From assembly GCA_965644315.1 (NCBI GenBank), contig CBFFRQ010000078.1:62001-126000 (forward strand): a stretch of 64,000 nt of DNA, read 5' to 3'. The DNA is from Caecitellus pseudoparvulus (lineage: Eukaryota > Protista > Bigyra: Bicosoecida). The translations under genes and the position numbers were made by a program. Under the pieces are notes generated by a model, which saw only the letters and a program-made list of their open reading frames with translations, was not told where the DNA came from and searched no databases. Positions 1 to 10,841 of the stretch are shown piece by piece (position 1 is the first letter of the stretch; each line of letters opens with the position of its first letter).

Positions 1-2664
1 TACCGTCGGACCACCCACGACGCGCCCTGGTCCTCCTCTGGCTGGCTGGAGCGGGTGAAACAAGAGGAGGAAGAGGGCTGCTTGCACGCTGCTCTGTGTG
101 TTCTGCGTTCCGCGCTGCTCTTCTGCTGGTCCACGGACGCCTTGCTGGGCAAGGCAGTGCGGCACTGGGAGGGTGCTGGGCTGCTGCAGGAGGCCCGGCG
201 GCACCTGCTGCGTTTCATGACGGTGTGCCTGACGTCTGGCGAGGGGGGTGCTCTGGACGAGGCGGGCCGCACCGTCCTCGTACACACCGCTGCCCTGGAA
301 GCGCACGCCGGCCACGCAGACACCGCCCAGAGCCTGTGCAAGCTGCTGGCAGGCCCGTCGTCTGCCAGTCCTGCCCTCACCGCGGCCAGTCACATCATGG
401 GCGCTGACCTGCTGGTGGCGCTGGGGGACATCGCCACGGCGCGGGAGGTGGTGTTGGCCGGCACACGGGTGGCGCCGCGACATGGCCCAGTGTGGCCCGC
501 CCTGCTGCGCGTGGAGGAGGCTGAGGTCCTGCGGCACCAGCGGCGCGCCTGGCATGCGAGCTGGGAGAGTGACTTGATGGCAGCGGCGGCAGGTGGCGGA
601 GGGGGGACGGGGGATGCTGCTGCCACCGCTGCTGCTGTGGCTGCGTCAGGGCTGGTGCCGGACATGGCCGGCGTGCGACAGGTGGTGCCCGCCGCCTTGG
701 CCTCTGACTGTACCGAGGTGGCGTGGACGCTGCAGTTCGCGGTGGCCGTGGCGGAGGACGCCGCTGCCACGCTGTGCAGTGAGCGCCTGTCCGAGTTGGC
801 GCGGCTGGGGGGTGCGGCAGACGACCCCAGTGGACGCGGGCGCCTGCGAGCAGCGCTCCGGGCGGCGCTGGCGCAGTGCCAGTCCACCTGCCAGGACCAG
901 GCGCGCGCAGCCCTGGCTGGCGCGCTGCGTGTCGCGCCGCCCAGCAGCCGCTGGCGCGTGTGGAGCTTGGGCGGGCGGTTGGAGGCTGTGGCGGGGCGGC
1001 AGGCGGCGGCACTGGCCATCCTGCGGCGCAGTGCAGGCGAGTCTGCCCCAAAGTACCGCAGCCACATCTACCTGGACCTGAGTCGAGTGGAGGAGTTTGC
1101 TGCCATGACGGCTGTTCGCGGCGGCAGGCGGCAGGATGCTGCGTCTGCCCTGCAGCGGGCGGGGGCCTGGGCACGCATCGCGCTGGAGGCCGCCCCACCC
1201 ACGGACTGGAAGTGCCACATGGAGGCGGCGTACCACCACCTGCGCTGTGGGCGGCGGCAGGAGGCACGCGACCTCCTCGCATGGTCGCTGCAGTTTTCAC
1301 CGGCGGCGGGGCGGCTGCACGCGCTGCGCCTGCAGCTGCTGGGGGAGGAGGGGGACACCGCCGTCGTGGACGCCCTGGCTGCTGCCGTGCAGCAAGTGCC
1401 CAAGGGCGGCGAGGTGTGGCTGCAGGCGGCGCGGCAGTGCATGAACCCGCACTCCCTGCACTACAGCACGGGGCGCGCGGCGCAGTGCCTGCTGCTGGCC
1501 CTGCAGTTCACGCCGCAGTACGGCGACTGCTTCATCGAGTGGGCACGCCTGGATCTGCTGCGGTGGGCAGGACTGGCCACGGAGGGTTTCACCGCCAGCA
1601 CCGCACTGCAAGGCGTGGGGAGGGGTCTGGGGCTGGCGGTGACTGCAGCCACGTGTGCTGGAGGGGACGCCACCCCCCCTCCCCTGGCCGCCCCCACCAA
1701 GACGTGGGTGCAGTTCCTGTCACGGGAGAATGCTCTGCGTGTGCGGCATTGGGCCACGTGGCTGTCTGCCAGCCCTCCCAACTACGGCCTCCTGTGGGCG
1801 GCGCGCAGGCGGCACCCGTCTGAGCCACCGTCTGTCATCCTGCGCCGAGCGCTGAAACGCCTCTGTGTGGACATTGCCCGCACACGGCATGTGTACGCAG
1901 CTGCAGCCGTGGCGTCAGTGCTGCGCACTGCAGCCCGCCAGCAGCCAGGCCTGCTGCCACGGGCGTGTCTTGGTCCGCCGCCGTTTGTCGGCAAGTACAG
2001 CGCAGGGCTGCTGCGTGCCTACACTGGTGGCGCCGCGCACCCCGTGCACAAGCAAGTAGGCCATGGGCCACTCGCAGATGTTGTGGATTTGCATGATGTA
2101 GCGGGCTTGGCGCAGGCCACGCTGGACAGTGCGCCATCTGACCGTGTGTGGGCGCGGGAGTCCCCCGTGGTGTTGGCGCCGGCGCTGCTTGAGCGAGGGC
2201 TGGTGCCCGGACACAGTGCGCATGCACTGCAGTCGGGCCCTCGCAGTGGACACCTTGGCTCGTCCTCCATCATGCAGGGCGTGGCTGCCAAATGTGCGGC
2301 AGTCGCCACGTCAGCGAGCGGAGTTGTGTTCTTCGCGCAGCACGCAGCGGCAGTGGCCATGGGCGTCCTGCCACATATGCCACCTGACCCCTGCTCTGTG
2401 CCCATCTGTGACGGGTTCAAGCGGCAAGTGCTGGCCCAAGATGGCGCCTCTGTGGAGTTGGAGTGCACCGACCGCCTGGACTTTGCATTTGGCGACGTGG
2501 CGTTTTCGCGGCAGTGGTTGTGGGGTGGGCGGCCCCTGCAGCCGCCACCCGCCACAAACGAGTCACCGCTGCTGCCCACAATGCGTGGACGGCCCCTGGC
2601 CGCTCTCCCCCCGCACCGTGCGCGCCAAGCACTGTGGGAGGTGGAGGGAGGGAGCCTGACGTAG
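1..2664 (+). CDS. TPR/HAT-repeat helical protein of unknown function (5'-partial)
   Basis: Frame is open from base 1 (YRRTTHDAPWSSSGWLERVKQEEEEG) to TAG at 2662-2664. HAT/TPR-like motifs include WRVWSLGGRLE, VPKGGEVWLQAAR and ALQFTPQYGDCFIEWARL. The start lies upstream of the window. Confidence 0.7.
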   Translation, partial: YRRTTHDAPWSSSGWLERVKQEEEEGCLHAALCVLRSALLFCWSTDALLGKAVRHWEGAGLLQEARRHLLRFMTVCLTSGEGGALDEAGRTVLVHTAALEAHAGHADTAQSLCKLLAGPSSASPALTAASHIMGADLLVALGDIATAREVVLAGTRVAPRHGPVWPALLRVEEAEVLRHQRRAWHASWESDLMAAAAGGGGGTGDAAATAAAVAASGLVPDMAGVRQVVPAALASDCTEVAWTLQFAVAVAEDAAATLCSERLSELARLGGAADDPSGRGRLRAALRAALAQCQSTCQDQARAALAGALRVAPPSSRWRVWSLGGRLEAVAGRQAAALAILRRSAGESAPKYRSHIYLDLSRVEEFAAMTAVRGGRRQDAASALQRAGAWARIALEAAPPTDWKCHMEAAYHHLRCGRRQEARDLLAWSLQFSPAAGRLHALRLQLLGEEGDTAVVDALAAAVQQVPKGGEVWLQAARQCMNPHSLHYSTGRAAQCLLLALQFTPQYGDCFIEWARLDLLRWAGLATEGFTASTALQGVGRGLGLAVTAATCAGGDATPPPLAAPTKTWVQFLSRENALRVRHWATWLSASPPNYGLLWAARRRHPSEPPSVILRRALKRLCVDIARTRHVYAAAAVASVLRTAARQQPGLLPRACLGPPPFVGKYSAGLLRAYTGGAAHPVHKQVGHGPLADVVDLHDVAGLAQATLDSAPSDRVWARESPVVLAPALLERGLVPGHSAHALQSGPRSGHLGSSSIMQGVAAKCAAVATSASGVVFFAQHAAAVAMGVLPHMPPDPCSVPICDGFKRQVLAQDGASVELECTDRLDFAFGDVAFSRQWLWGGRPLQPPPATNESPLLPTMRGRPLAALPPHRARQALWEVEGGSLT

Positions 2665-2860
2665 TGGGGCGAGCCGCCCCCCTGCACAGCGAGCACGGTC
2701 GGAGCTCTGTGCAGCTCGCAGCCTCCAATGCAGACATTCATGGCGCCCACACTGCGCAATGTACGAGCCGGTGACTTTTGAGAAGCATCCCTCATTGTGT
2801 GCTGAAAGTGCGTTCCGCAAGCTCGCACACGCACACCGACCCCACCCACGCGCCCAGCCA

Positions 2861-5800
2861 TCAGCCGTCCACTGGAAGTCGGGCACTGCCTGGCTGTCGG
2901 CTGCGCGTGCCTGCTGCTGCTCGCAACGCCCCGCGAACTGCGGTGCCGGCGGCTCGCAGACGTGCGCCACGCCCCACCATGGCTGCGGCCTGATCGCGAT
3001 TGGCCTGCACTGCTGCAGATGCAGCGCTGGCTTCCTTCATGAGTGCCGTGATGCGTGCAATGACCTCTGCTGCCGTGCGCAGGCGGCGTTTCGCTCCTCC
3101 GCCGTACTTGTCCAGCAGCTGTTTGTACGTCGTGGCAGGCGCACCGCCGCCGCCGCCGCCGCTTCCACCGCGCACTGCGCCCACACCCCCGCCGCCGCCA
3201 CGCGGCAAGGCGTCGTTGATGTGGTACGCCGTGTGTAGGCGCAGGTTCAGAGTCCCGGAGTCCACCGTACGCAAACCATGCCGTGACAGGCCGCCCTCAA
3301 ACATTGCGCGCGTGTACATGTCTCGCGGCACGCCGACAGCGGAAGCGTCCACGAGGCGTACCGCGCCACCCAGAAAGAACTCGGCATCCTTGGACCGGAT
3401 GGTGCCCTGTGGCATCCACGTGCGGACGTGCATGCCGTGGGCCCCTGGGGCGGAGGGCAGCGGGGCGGCGCCATACCCCCGCACATGCACCTGCCCCCCC
3501 TCCCCACGAGACAGCACTGTCAGGTACAGCACTGGCATGGTGGGGGGCGTGAAACCGCCCTTGCCCTGCACGAAGGCACCCTCCTGCCCGGCTTGACCAC
3601 CGCCCTCCGCCGCTGCCTCGGCGGCGGCGGTGTCCAGGGCTGGCACGTGCTCCAGTACAAAGTCGAAGGGGAACGAAAAGTGTACGACGTCCGTGAAGCC
3701 ATCCTCTGCGCCGCCCTGGCCAGACCAGGGGGTGGGCCCACCCCCCGCCGAGGCGGTGCCACGCCCCATAGGCGCGCTGAACCCGACACCGTCGCCCGCG
3801 CCCCACGGGAACGACTCTGAGGCGCCCGCTGTGACCAGCCCCGCCCGCCCCACGTGGGCCCCTGAAGCGGCAGGTAAGGAGATATCGCCCTCCCCAGTCT
3901 GCCCGTCCAGCCCCACTGTCCAGGCAGTGCCGCCAGCGGCAGGGGTGCCCACCCCCCCTCCGAAGCCCGCCTCCCCCCCGCCGCACTGCCGTGGGGAGAC
4001 AGCCCCTCCCCCACACCCCCACCCCACGTGCCCTCGGCGCCAGCCTGGCCCCTGGCGGAAGGTGGGGGGCGCAGAGTGCCCTGACGACTGCGCACGGCGT
4101 GAGTCACTCCCTCCCGCACCGCTGCCACCTGTGCTGCGCTCATGCTGGGCGGCCACCGCCACCCTGACCCGCCCGGCAGCCACACTTCATAGTGCACGTA
4201 CAGCGGCTCGTCCGCAACGCCCCCCAGCCCAAGATTGCCCCATCCAGGAAACCCCCCCAGGCCCAGCCCGTCCCCCCCCGCTGCGAGGCGGCAGCAAAGC
4301 AGGTTGCAGCAGCGGGCACCTGCCCCCGTTCCGTCGTGCTCTGTGCCCTCCACGGAGTCACCCGCGTTGAAGCCGGCTCCCAGCACGATCTCACCGCCCA
4401 CGTGCAGGCGCTGGATGCCCGGCGCAGGCGGGGCCACAAACACCCCCCCCACACGTGCTCGCCGGTCACCAGCACTGACCGCCGCCGCTGCCGCCAGTTT
4501 ATCCGTTAACGCCGCCTCAGCCATCAACACAGCAGCTGGGGGTGCCTCCACCGCGTATGCGTTCTGCAGCATGTACTCGTACTGGGCGCCGTCTGGGGTG
4601 TTGAAACGCACCACACGGCGGCCGCGAAACGCCTGGGCCAGGGCGCTCCCCGCTGCCAGCCGCATGCGCAGGGCACTGGCCGCCATGCTCATGCCCGTGG
4701 GCACACCGCCCTCTCCCGTCACCGCCTGCATCATGCGCGTGTACAGCGCACGCTTGGCGCGCAGACCAGCCGTCTCCGCGTCGTCAGCTGACAAATCCTC
4801 CCCCCCACCGTCCGGCGCGAAGCCTGAGGCGACAGAGGAGCCCAGACGCGAGGCCCCCTCCCCCTCGTCCCCTGACCCCCCCCCCTCGCCCTCCCCTGCC
4901 AGGCGTGCCTCTGAGAAGGCGGGTCGGGACTCCAGTAATACGCCGTCTTCCCCCTCCCCCGCCACGCCCGCCACATGCGGGTCATACGCACGCAGCGTCG
5001 CCAACGGCACGTGGAACATGGCCGTCCCTGTGTCCTTGCGCTGAAACGCGCCAGTGTCGATGCCCACCGCCGCCATGATGTGCATGACGCTGTAGCTGCG
5101 GTGCAGCGCGCCCTGCACCCGCCGGCGCTGCTCCTCCGCCGTCGCGTGGCGGGCTCGCTCGCCGGGGCCCGGTGGCGCCACACGCGCCACACTGGCGGCG
5201 GTGAGCGGCTCGTCGGTGTCCAGCACTGCCGCTGGCAGGAGGGCTGTCTCGTCCACGCCGTCCTTGTCCGTGATGGTGTAGATGCACATGGAGTGCATGC
5301 CGTCAAAGGCGCCTTGCACGTCGCCTGGGTGCGCTGCGAAGAGCGCCTTGTACTGCCGCTCGATGTGCGTCGTGCCGCTGCGACGGCCGAAAAAACTCGC
5401 CAGCGCCTCTGTCAGCTGACTGGGGCCACCAGCGCTGTCGTCGTCGCGGGGGACATATCGCAGCAGCTCACTGCGTGTTGGGGGCGGCGGGCGGGCAGTG
5501 AGGCGGTGCGCCACGCTTGCGCCAGTGCCAACGCCACGCACTGTGGGCCAAACAGCTTGCCCTGCCAGGGAATGTCCACCACCTGCACCAGGTCCTCCTC
5601 GCTCAGACGAGCATTCTGCTGGAAGGCAGAAGATGTCTGGCCAGACACGAAGGAGCCGCGCTCGGAGCCGTCGCGGCCCCTGTCGCCGGCCTCGCCTTCC
5701 TTGCCGCCAACGGCAGGAGCGTCGGCGCTGCCTTCATGCGGCGGCGGTGGCGCCTGCACTCCTGACCCCTCGCCGCCAGCAAACACAGCTGGGGGCTTGA

Positions 5801-5879
5801 TCTGTCGCAGGGAACATCGAATGACCAGATTCTCCACCGGGTCAAGCGACCTGTAGTATGCAGGGTCTGTGGACTGCAT
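2861..5879 (-). CDS. MKS1: MKS1-like B9-domain ciliary transition-zone protein (1 intron, 1 apparent homopolymer frameshift)
   Basis: N-terminus YYRSLDPVENLVIR and IPWQGKLFGP match the MKS1 N-terminal pattern. B9 domain motifs: LYVHYEVWLP, HFSFPFDF, LYLTVLS..GYG..LPSAPGAH..VRTWMP, FFLGGAVRL, LSRHGLRTVDSG. Intron 5471-5541 (GTGCGT..CAG). The frame changes near the C7 run at 3973-3979, and one extra base restores GSAAGGEAGFGG. Confidence 0.85.
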
Positions 5880-6096
5880 GGCGTTGGCGGTGTGAAACGC
5901 CTGTGAAACGCTAAGTCAGGCTCGCAAAAACGGGCACAGCAGGATGCAGCCCTGCGCAGTGCACGGGGGGGCAGGTGCGGACAGTTGGTATGCACCATGA
6001 ATTGGGGAGACTGCAGCACTGCCTCCACTCCCCACACGCAGCAGGGTCGCTGTGCCAACCACTGACATCCACATCCTCCACGCTTGCCCACACTCC

Positions 6097-7890
6097 TCAC
6101 TTGGCCTGCGAGACTGGCGCCAGGTCCCAGCCGGGGGCAGCATCCCTGTAGTCCTCTCCGTCCACAGCTGACGCGCCGGTGCTCTCGGCAAACTCCTTGC
6201 GGAACAGATCCCCCGCCTTGATTTGCACAGCGCAGCAGTCACACAGCCCGAAGCTGTCCGTGAACTGCGCCATGGCACTGCGGCTGCCGAACGTCAGCAC
6301 TGTCGCGGCCGCGTTCACAGACAGCGTCTTGAGGTCGCCCTCCACGCCTTCGGCAGGCTTGCCTGCCTCCAGCCCGTTCAGCACCGTTGTCAGGTTCGGC
6401 CCGATCACACCCTTCACCTGCTCCCCAGCCCGGTACAGCAGCTTTTGGTCCCCTGTTCCCGCACAGTCCCCCGCTGCGAACACGTTGGGCCAGCCCTGCA
6501 CGCGCATGTGGCCGTCCACCTTCACGAACCCCTCACCATCCACCAGGTCGGGGTGGGCCGCCGCGAACCACTCCGTGTTCGGGCGCGCGCCAGTGCAGAA
6601 GAACACCAAGTCCGCCTGCATGTCCCCAGCCGAAGTGGACACCGTGCCGCCAGGGGGCACCCACACGCCCTCCCCGAACGGCGCCTGGTCCGCCGCCTGC
6701 GCCGCCTCTGCAGCGCCCTCCACAATGGCCGCTTCCGTCGCAGAAACACCTGCGGCAGTGCCCTTGCCCTCACCAATTTCCGCAGCACTGACCTCCTCGC
6801 CATCCTTGCCGTCCCCAGACTCCGTGGAGGCAGCGTCCTTGCCGCCAGCTGCGTCCTCGTCGTCGGCGGCTTTGCCCCCCTCCACGTCGCCTGAAGGCCC
6901 CTTGAGTGGCAGCTCCACGGACGTCGACAGAGCCAGCTTCACGCCCAGCGCCTCCAGACGCCGCGCAGCGCCAGCAGCTGCACCGTCGCCCACCCCTGCC
7001 ACCTTGGTCTGGCTCCACTTGCCCGTGAGCAAGCGGGGCTGGCGGTGGGCCAGGGTGATGGTCGCGTCAGGCAGGGTTTCCGCCAGTTCGCCGCACAGCT
7101 CGATGCCGACGGGGCCGCCACCCACAACGAGGATGTTCTTGCTGGCCTTCACCTTCGTGGCCAGGGCGTCGTAATACGCGACCACGGCGCTGGGAGGTCC
7201 GGGCGGCGCGCGAGCGGGCGCCACGTACCGCGACCCCGTCGCGATCAACGCTGCGTCGAATTCCACCGTCACAGTGCCGCCCTCCTCCTGCTGCACCGTC
7301 ACACTGTGAGCGTCCATGGAAGTGACAGAACCGATGAGCAGGCGGTGTCCCGTGGTGGCGTCGGGGCTCCACAGGCCCATGTCAGGCACCACTTTGTGCA
7401 GCGGTGCAAGCAGGGAACGAGCGTAAGCGCCGCCGTGAACAACTGCACGCAACGCAGCGATGTTGTGGAAGGCGACGGGGCTGCTGTCGATGAGCACGAT
7501 GTTTGCCACGTCTTTCAGGGCCTGGGCGGTCTGGCGCCCGGCTGCGCAGGAGCAAGGGCGGGCGGGCGGTGTGTGTTCCCAGCTGCAGCGTGCGGCTGCG
7601 GGAGCTGTGCGGAGCTGGCATTGAGCCCGCGTGAGGCAAGGCAGCCACGCCGCGGCACAGGGCATGGACAGCGCTGCAAGCGGCACATGATGGCACACAA
7701 AGCACATTCCAGCACGGTTTGGCGGCTGGGGGGGGCGGACCGCCTGCCCTGCCACACAGGCTCACAGCGCCAAGGCGCCCGATGGCAAATGGTTTCCAGA
7801 AGGATGCACAGGGTGCAGCAGGTGAGACGCACCTGCACCTGCGCCGACGATGACCAGAGTCTTGGAAGTCTTGCTCTGGGAGGATCCCAT
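6097..7890 (-). CDS. AIFM2/FSP1-like FAD/NAD(P)H-dependent oxidoreductase
   Basis: Exon 1 MGSSQSKTSKTLVIVGAGA splices over intron 7542-7832 to give the FAD motif VIVGAGAAG. Other motifs: LIATGS, NAD motif VVGGGPVGIELCGEL, FFCTGARPNT, VFAAGD and C-terminal KAGDLF. Confidence 0.85.
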
Positions 7891-8293
7891 AGTGCACTGT
7901 GCATGAAACGCGCCGAAAGGGTGGGGGTGGTCGCTGGTGCCCGCGGACAGGCGGCAAAGAGCGTAGCAAGTGTGAGTGCGGCGCCGAGCGGCATTTTCCG
8001 CACACTCAGCGCGCAGGCCAGCTGAACGCACGGGTGCAGGGATGGGAAGCACGCTCAAGGAGTGACGTCGCGCTAAATGGGGTGTCCAACGCGTGGCGAT
8101 TGCTTCGTGTCCGGTGGGTTCCTTGTGAAGTGCCTCTGTCGCTTGGCTGCGCAAGGCTGGCTCGGGCTGGTGACGTGGTGCACCCCCCAACTGCAACACT
8201 TTCACCCCCCCCCCGCACCCACGTCGGCCCCCACCCATTACACGCTGCAACTTGTCCCCTGGAACCCGGGGTGTGCGTGACTGCCTTGCATTC

Positions 8294-9337
8294 TCAAGCC
8301 TGTGCGGCGCCAGCTGACACCTTGCGCTGCCACACCGTCGCGTGGGAGCAGCCCCACTGGAACTTGCGCAGGTGTTCGCGGATGAGGAAGGGCATGTTCT
8401 CAGTGTGCACCAGGTCAAAGTGCCCCTGCAGCGCCGCCGTCAGGCCCTCAAACGAGTCGGCAGGCTTGCCATCTGCTGCGTTGAAGCCGCCCAGCCACTT
8501 GTCCTTGGCGGTGTAGGCGGGCAGCCATGAGTAGGGAGACACGAGCACCACCAGGCCCCCCTCCACGACGATGTCCTTGAGGCGGTCCAGGAAGGCGGCG
8601 GGGTTGGGCAGGCGGCACAGCAGGTTGGCGCCGTGCACCACGGAGAACTTGCCGATGTCGGGTCGCAGGGCACAGGCGTCCCCCTGCTCAAAGGTGACGG
8701 CACCGGGCTTCACACCGGACTCCAAGGAGGCGGTGAAGGTGCCCTTCACCTCGCCCTCTGTCGTGGCGGCGTAGGTGGCGGAGCCGCCCTTCATGCTGTT
8801 GGCGGCTGCCACGAAGGCGTGTGAGAAGTCCACACCCACCACCTCCTCGAAATCCTTCGACAGCTCGAAACTCGTGGCGCCCACAGCGCAGCCCACGTCC
8901 AAGGCACGCCCCATGGGCACGCCGAGTTTCTTGCACTGCTCGGTGCACAGCTTGCCAGTGCTGTGCGGAGGGAGGAGTGCGTGGCCAGGTGCGGCAAATC
9001 CACGTCACATCGCGCATCGACACACGCACCGCTGCGCGAACTGCAGGGCGGAGAGGGGCGCGCCCTCAGCAGCCGTGTAGGGCATGATGTCCTCTGGCTT
9101 GCCGTAGTGGAACTGCAGGTACTCGCTCACTGCCGTGCTGGTCTCGTACACGGCCCCAGAGTGCGCGGAGCTTGTGGTACTCATTTCCGCATCTGCGGAT
9201 TCTGTGCCCTTGGCGCCCTCCTCGCCGCCCTTGGCGGAGGCGGCGCTGAAGAACTGCGTCGCAGCAGCAGCCAGCAGTCCGCCGATCACTGCACCCCCAG
9301 CCACCAGCGCCACCTGCTCTCGAGTCTTGGTCTCCAT
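8294..9337 (-). CDS. Standalone SAM-dependent methyltransferase homologous to the OvoA C-terminal (mercaptohistidine N-methyltransferase) domain, with N-terminal hydrophobic helix
   Basis: Intron 8961-9029 joins YETSTAVSEYLQFHYG..FAQR to RALDVGCAVGATSFEL..GVDFSHAF..FEQGDAC..ANLLCRLPNP..SPYSWLPAYT..WLGGF..PFLIREHLRKFQW, the motif order of the OvoA C-terminal domain. Confidence 0.8.
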
Positions 9338-9640
9338 GCTTCGCGGAGCTGAAAGGTGTGATGGCCTTGAAAATGGGCGGCGCCTTCCGTGCGTGCGAAC
9401 ACACGGTCTTGAGTGGGGGGGTGAATGCGCGGAGGAGCGGCGTGTGGACCGTGGGCGTGATGTAAAGTGGCCAGAGGTGCGTCAATGCTTGAGCCCGGCA
9501 GCAGCTGGGCAGCCAAGCGAGCAACACGGCCCGCCTCCCCACAATCCAACCACTAAACCCCATCGAACCGCGCCAAAGCCTGCACAGCGCCACTTGATCA
9601 AGCGCACCCCTTTCCTTCACACACACCTTGGGTTCCCATC

Positions 9641-10837
9641 ATGGCGCTGCAAGCGGCGACAGCCAGGGCTGGCGCTGCCGTGCGGAAATTGGCCTGGCGC
9701 CCGCCTCGTCAGGCCCCCTCTGCCTGGGCAGGCCAAGCCCTGCGGGGCATCGGGAGCAAGAGCCCACCCCACACCCCTCCAACAGACACCAGCCAGCCTC
9801 GCACAGCCGAGGGCGACAACTGGTTCGGCGTCGGGCAGGTGGTGCCAGACCTGGAGGACGACCAAGCCGCGGCCAAGGAGAGATCTCACAAGATCCTCGT
9901 GGAGCGCCTGCGGCGGTCCAAACTCGCAGACGCCATGCGGGTGGAACAGGAGAAGGTGTTCTTGCCTCCATGCCCGCCTGTGCCTTTGCCCGTGCCCGCA
10001 CGCCCCAGCCCTACCCCGCCACACAGCTCACCGTGGCTGGGCAGGAGCTGCTGCCGCCGGACGAATGCTTCGCATTCCCAGCCATCACTGTGGACCACCT
10101 GTTCTCAGACAAAGTCGTGGATGTGCAGTCTGCCGCCCGTGGCCGTGTCAGCCTCGTCGGCGTCTCCTACAACGCATACGGCAAGGCACAGGTGTCAGTT
10201 GCAACAGAGGCATTCGCGGAGGCTTTCGGCCTGCTGAACGCAGCAGGGGAGGGCCCCAGCGCGCTTGCTGCCGAGGAACACAGTGATGCTGACGTGCAGG
10301 CACCTGTGCCGCCTCCCCCGCCGTCGGCCTCAGCCCTGACGGCGGCTCCGCAGATCTTTGACGTGCAGTATCTAGGTGGCGCGGTGTACTCCATGCTGAG
10401 CTGGGCGCTGAAGCCGGGCGTGCGCAAAACGGTGCCTGCAGGCATGGAACCGCACAGTTTCATCAAGTTCCAGGTGAGCAGCCCTGCGCTCCCCCCTGCA
10501 GCTCGCGTGCATGTGCACTGCCCCCCGCGCAGCCCTACTTGCCACACACGGAGGAATTCGCCGCTGACGCACGCATCCACAACCGAATGATGGGACACGT
10601 GTACTTGCTGGACCACAAGGGGGTCGTCAGGTGGAGGTGCGGCCCACAGCCCTGAGTGTATGCGCTGCAACCGTCCCACGCTCCACGCTTGTGCAATCCC
10701 ACAGAGCACACAATGACTTGCTGCCGGAGGAGCTGGAGGGGATGGTGCGGGCAGCCCACACCCTCCTGGAGGAAGCCGCAGCGGCCAGTGCAGGCAAGCA
10801 AACCAAGGGTGGCTCCCGTGCGAAGCTGCGGCGGTAA
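9641..10837 (+). CDS. ATP10: ATP10-like mitochondrial ATP synthase assembly factor, paralogue A (3 introns)
   Basis: Ala/Arg-rich presequence-like N-terminus. Introns 9956-10026, 10474-10532 and 10637-10704. The spliced protein reads EK|LTVAGQELLP..FPAI..RVSLVGVSY..IHNRMMGHVYLLDHKGVVRWRAH..EEL, the ATP10 C-terminal N..G.VYL.D..G..RW pattern. Confidence 0.7.
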
Positions 10838-10841
10838 TGCA

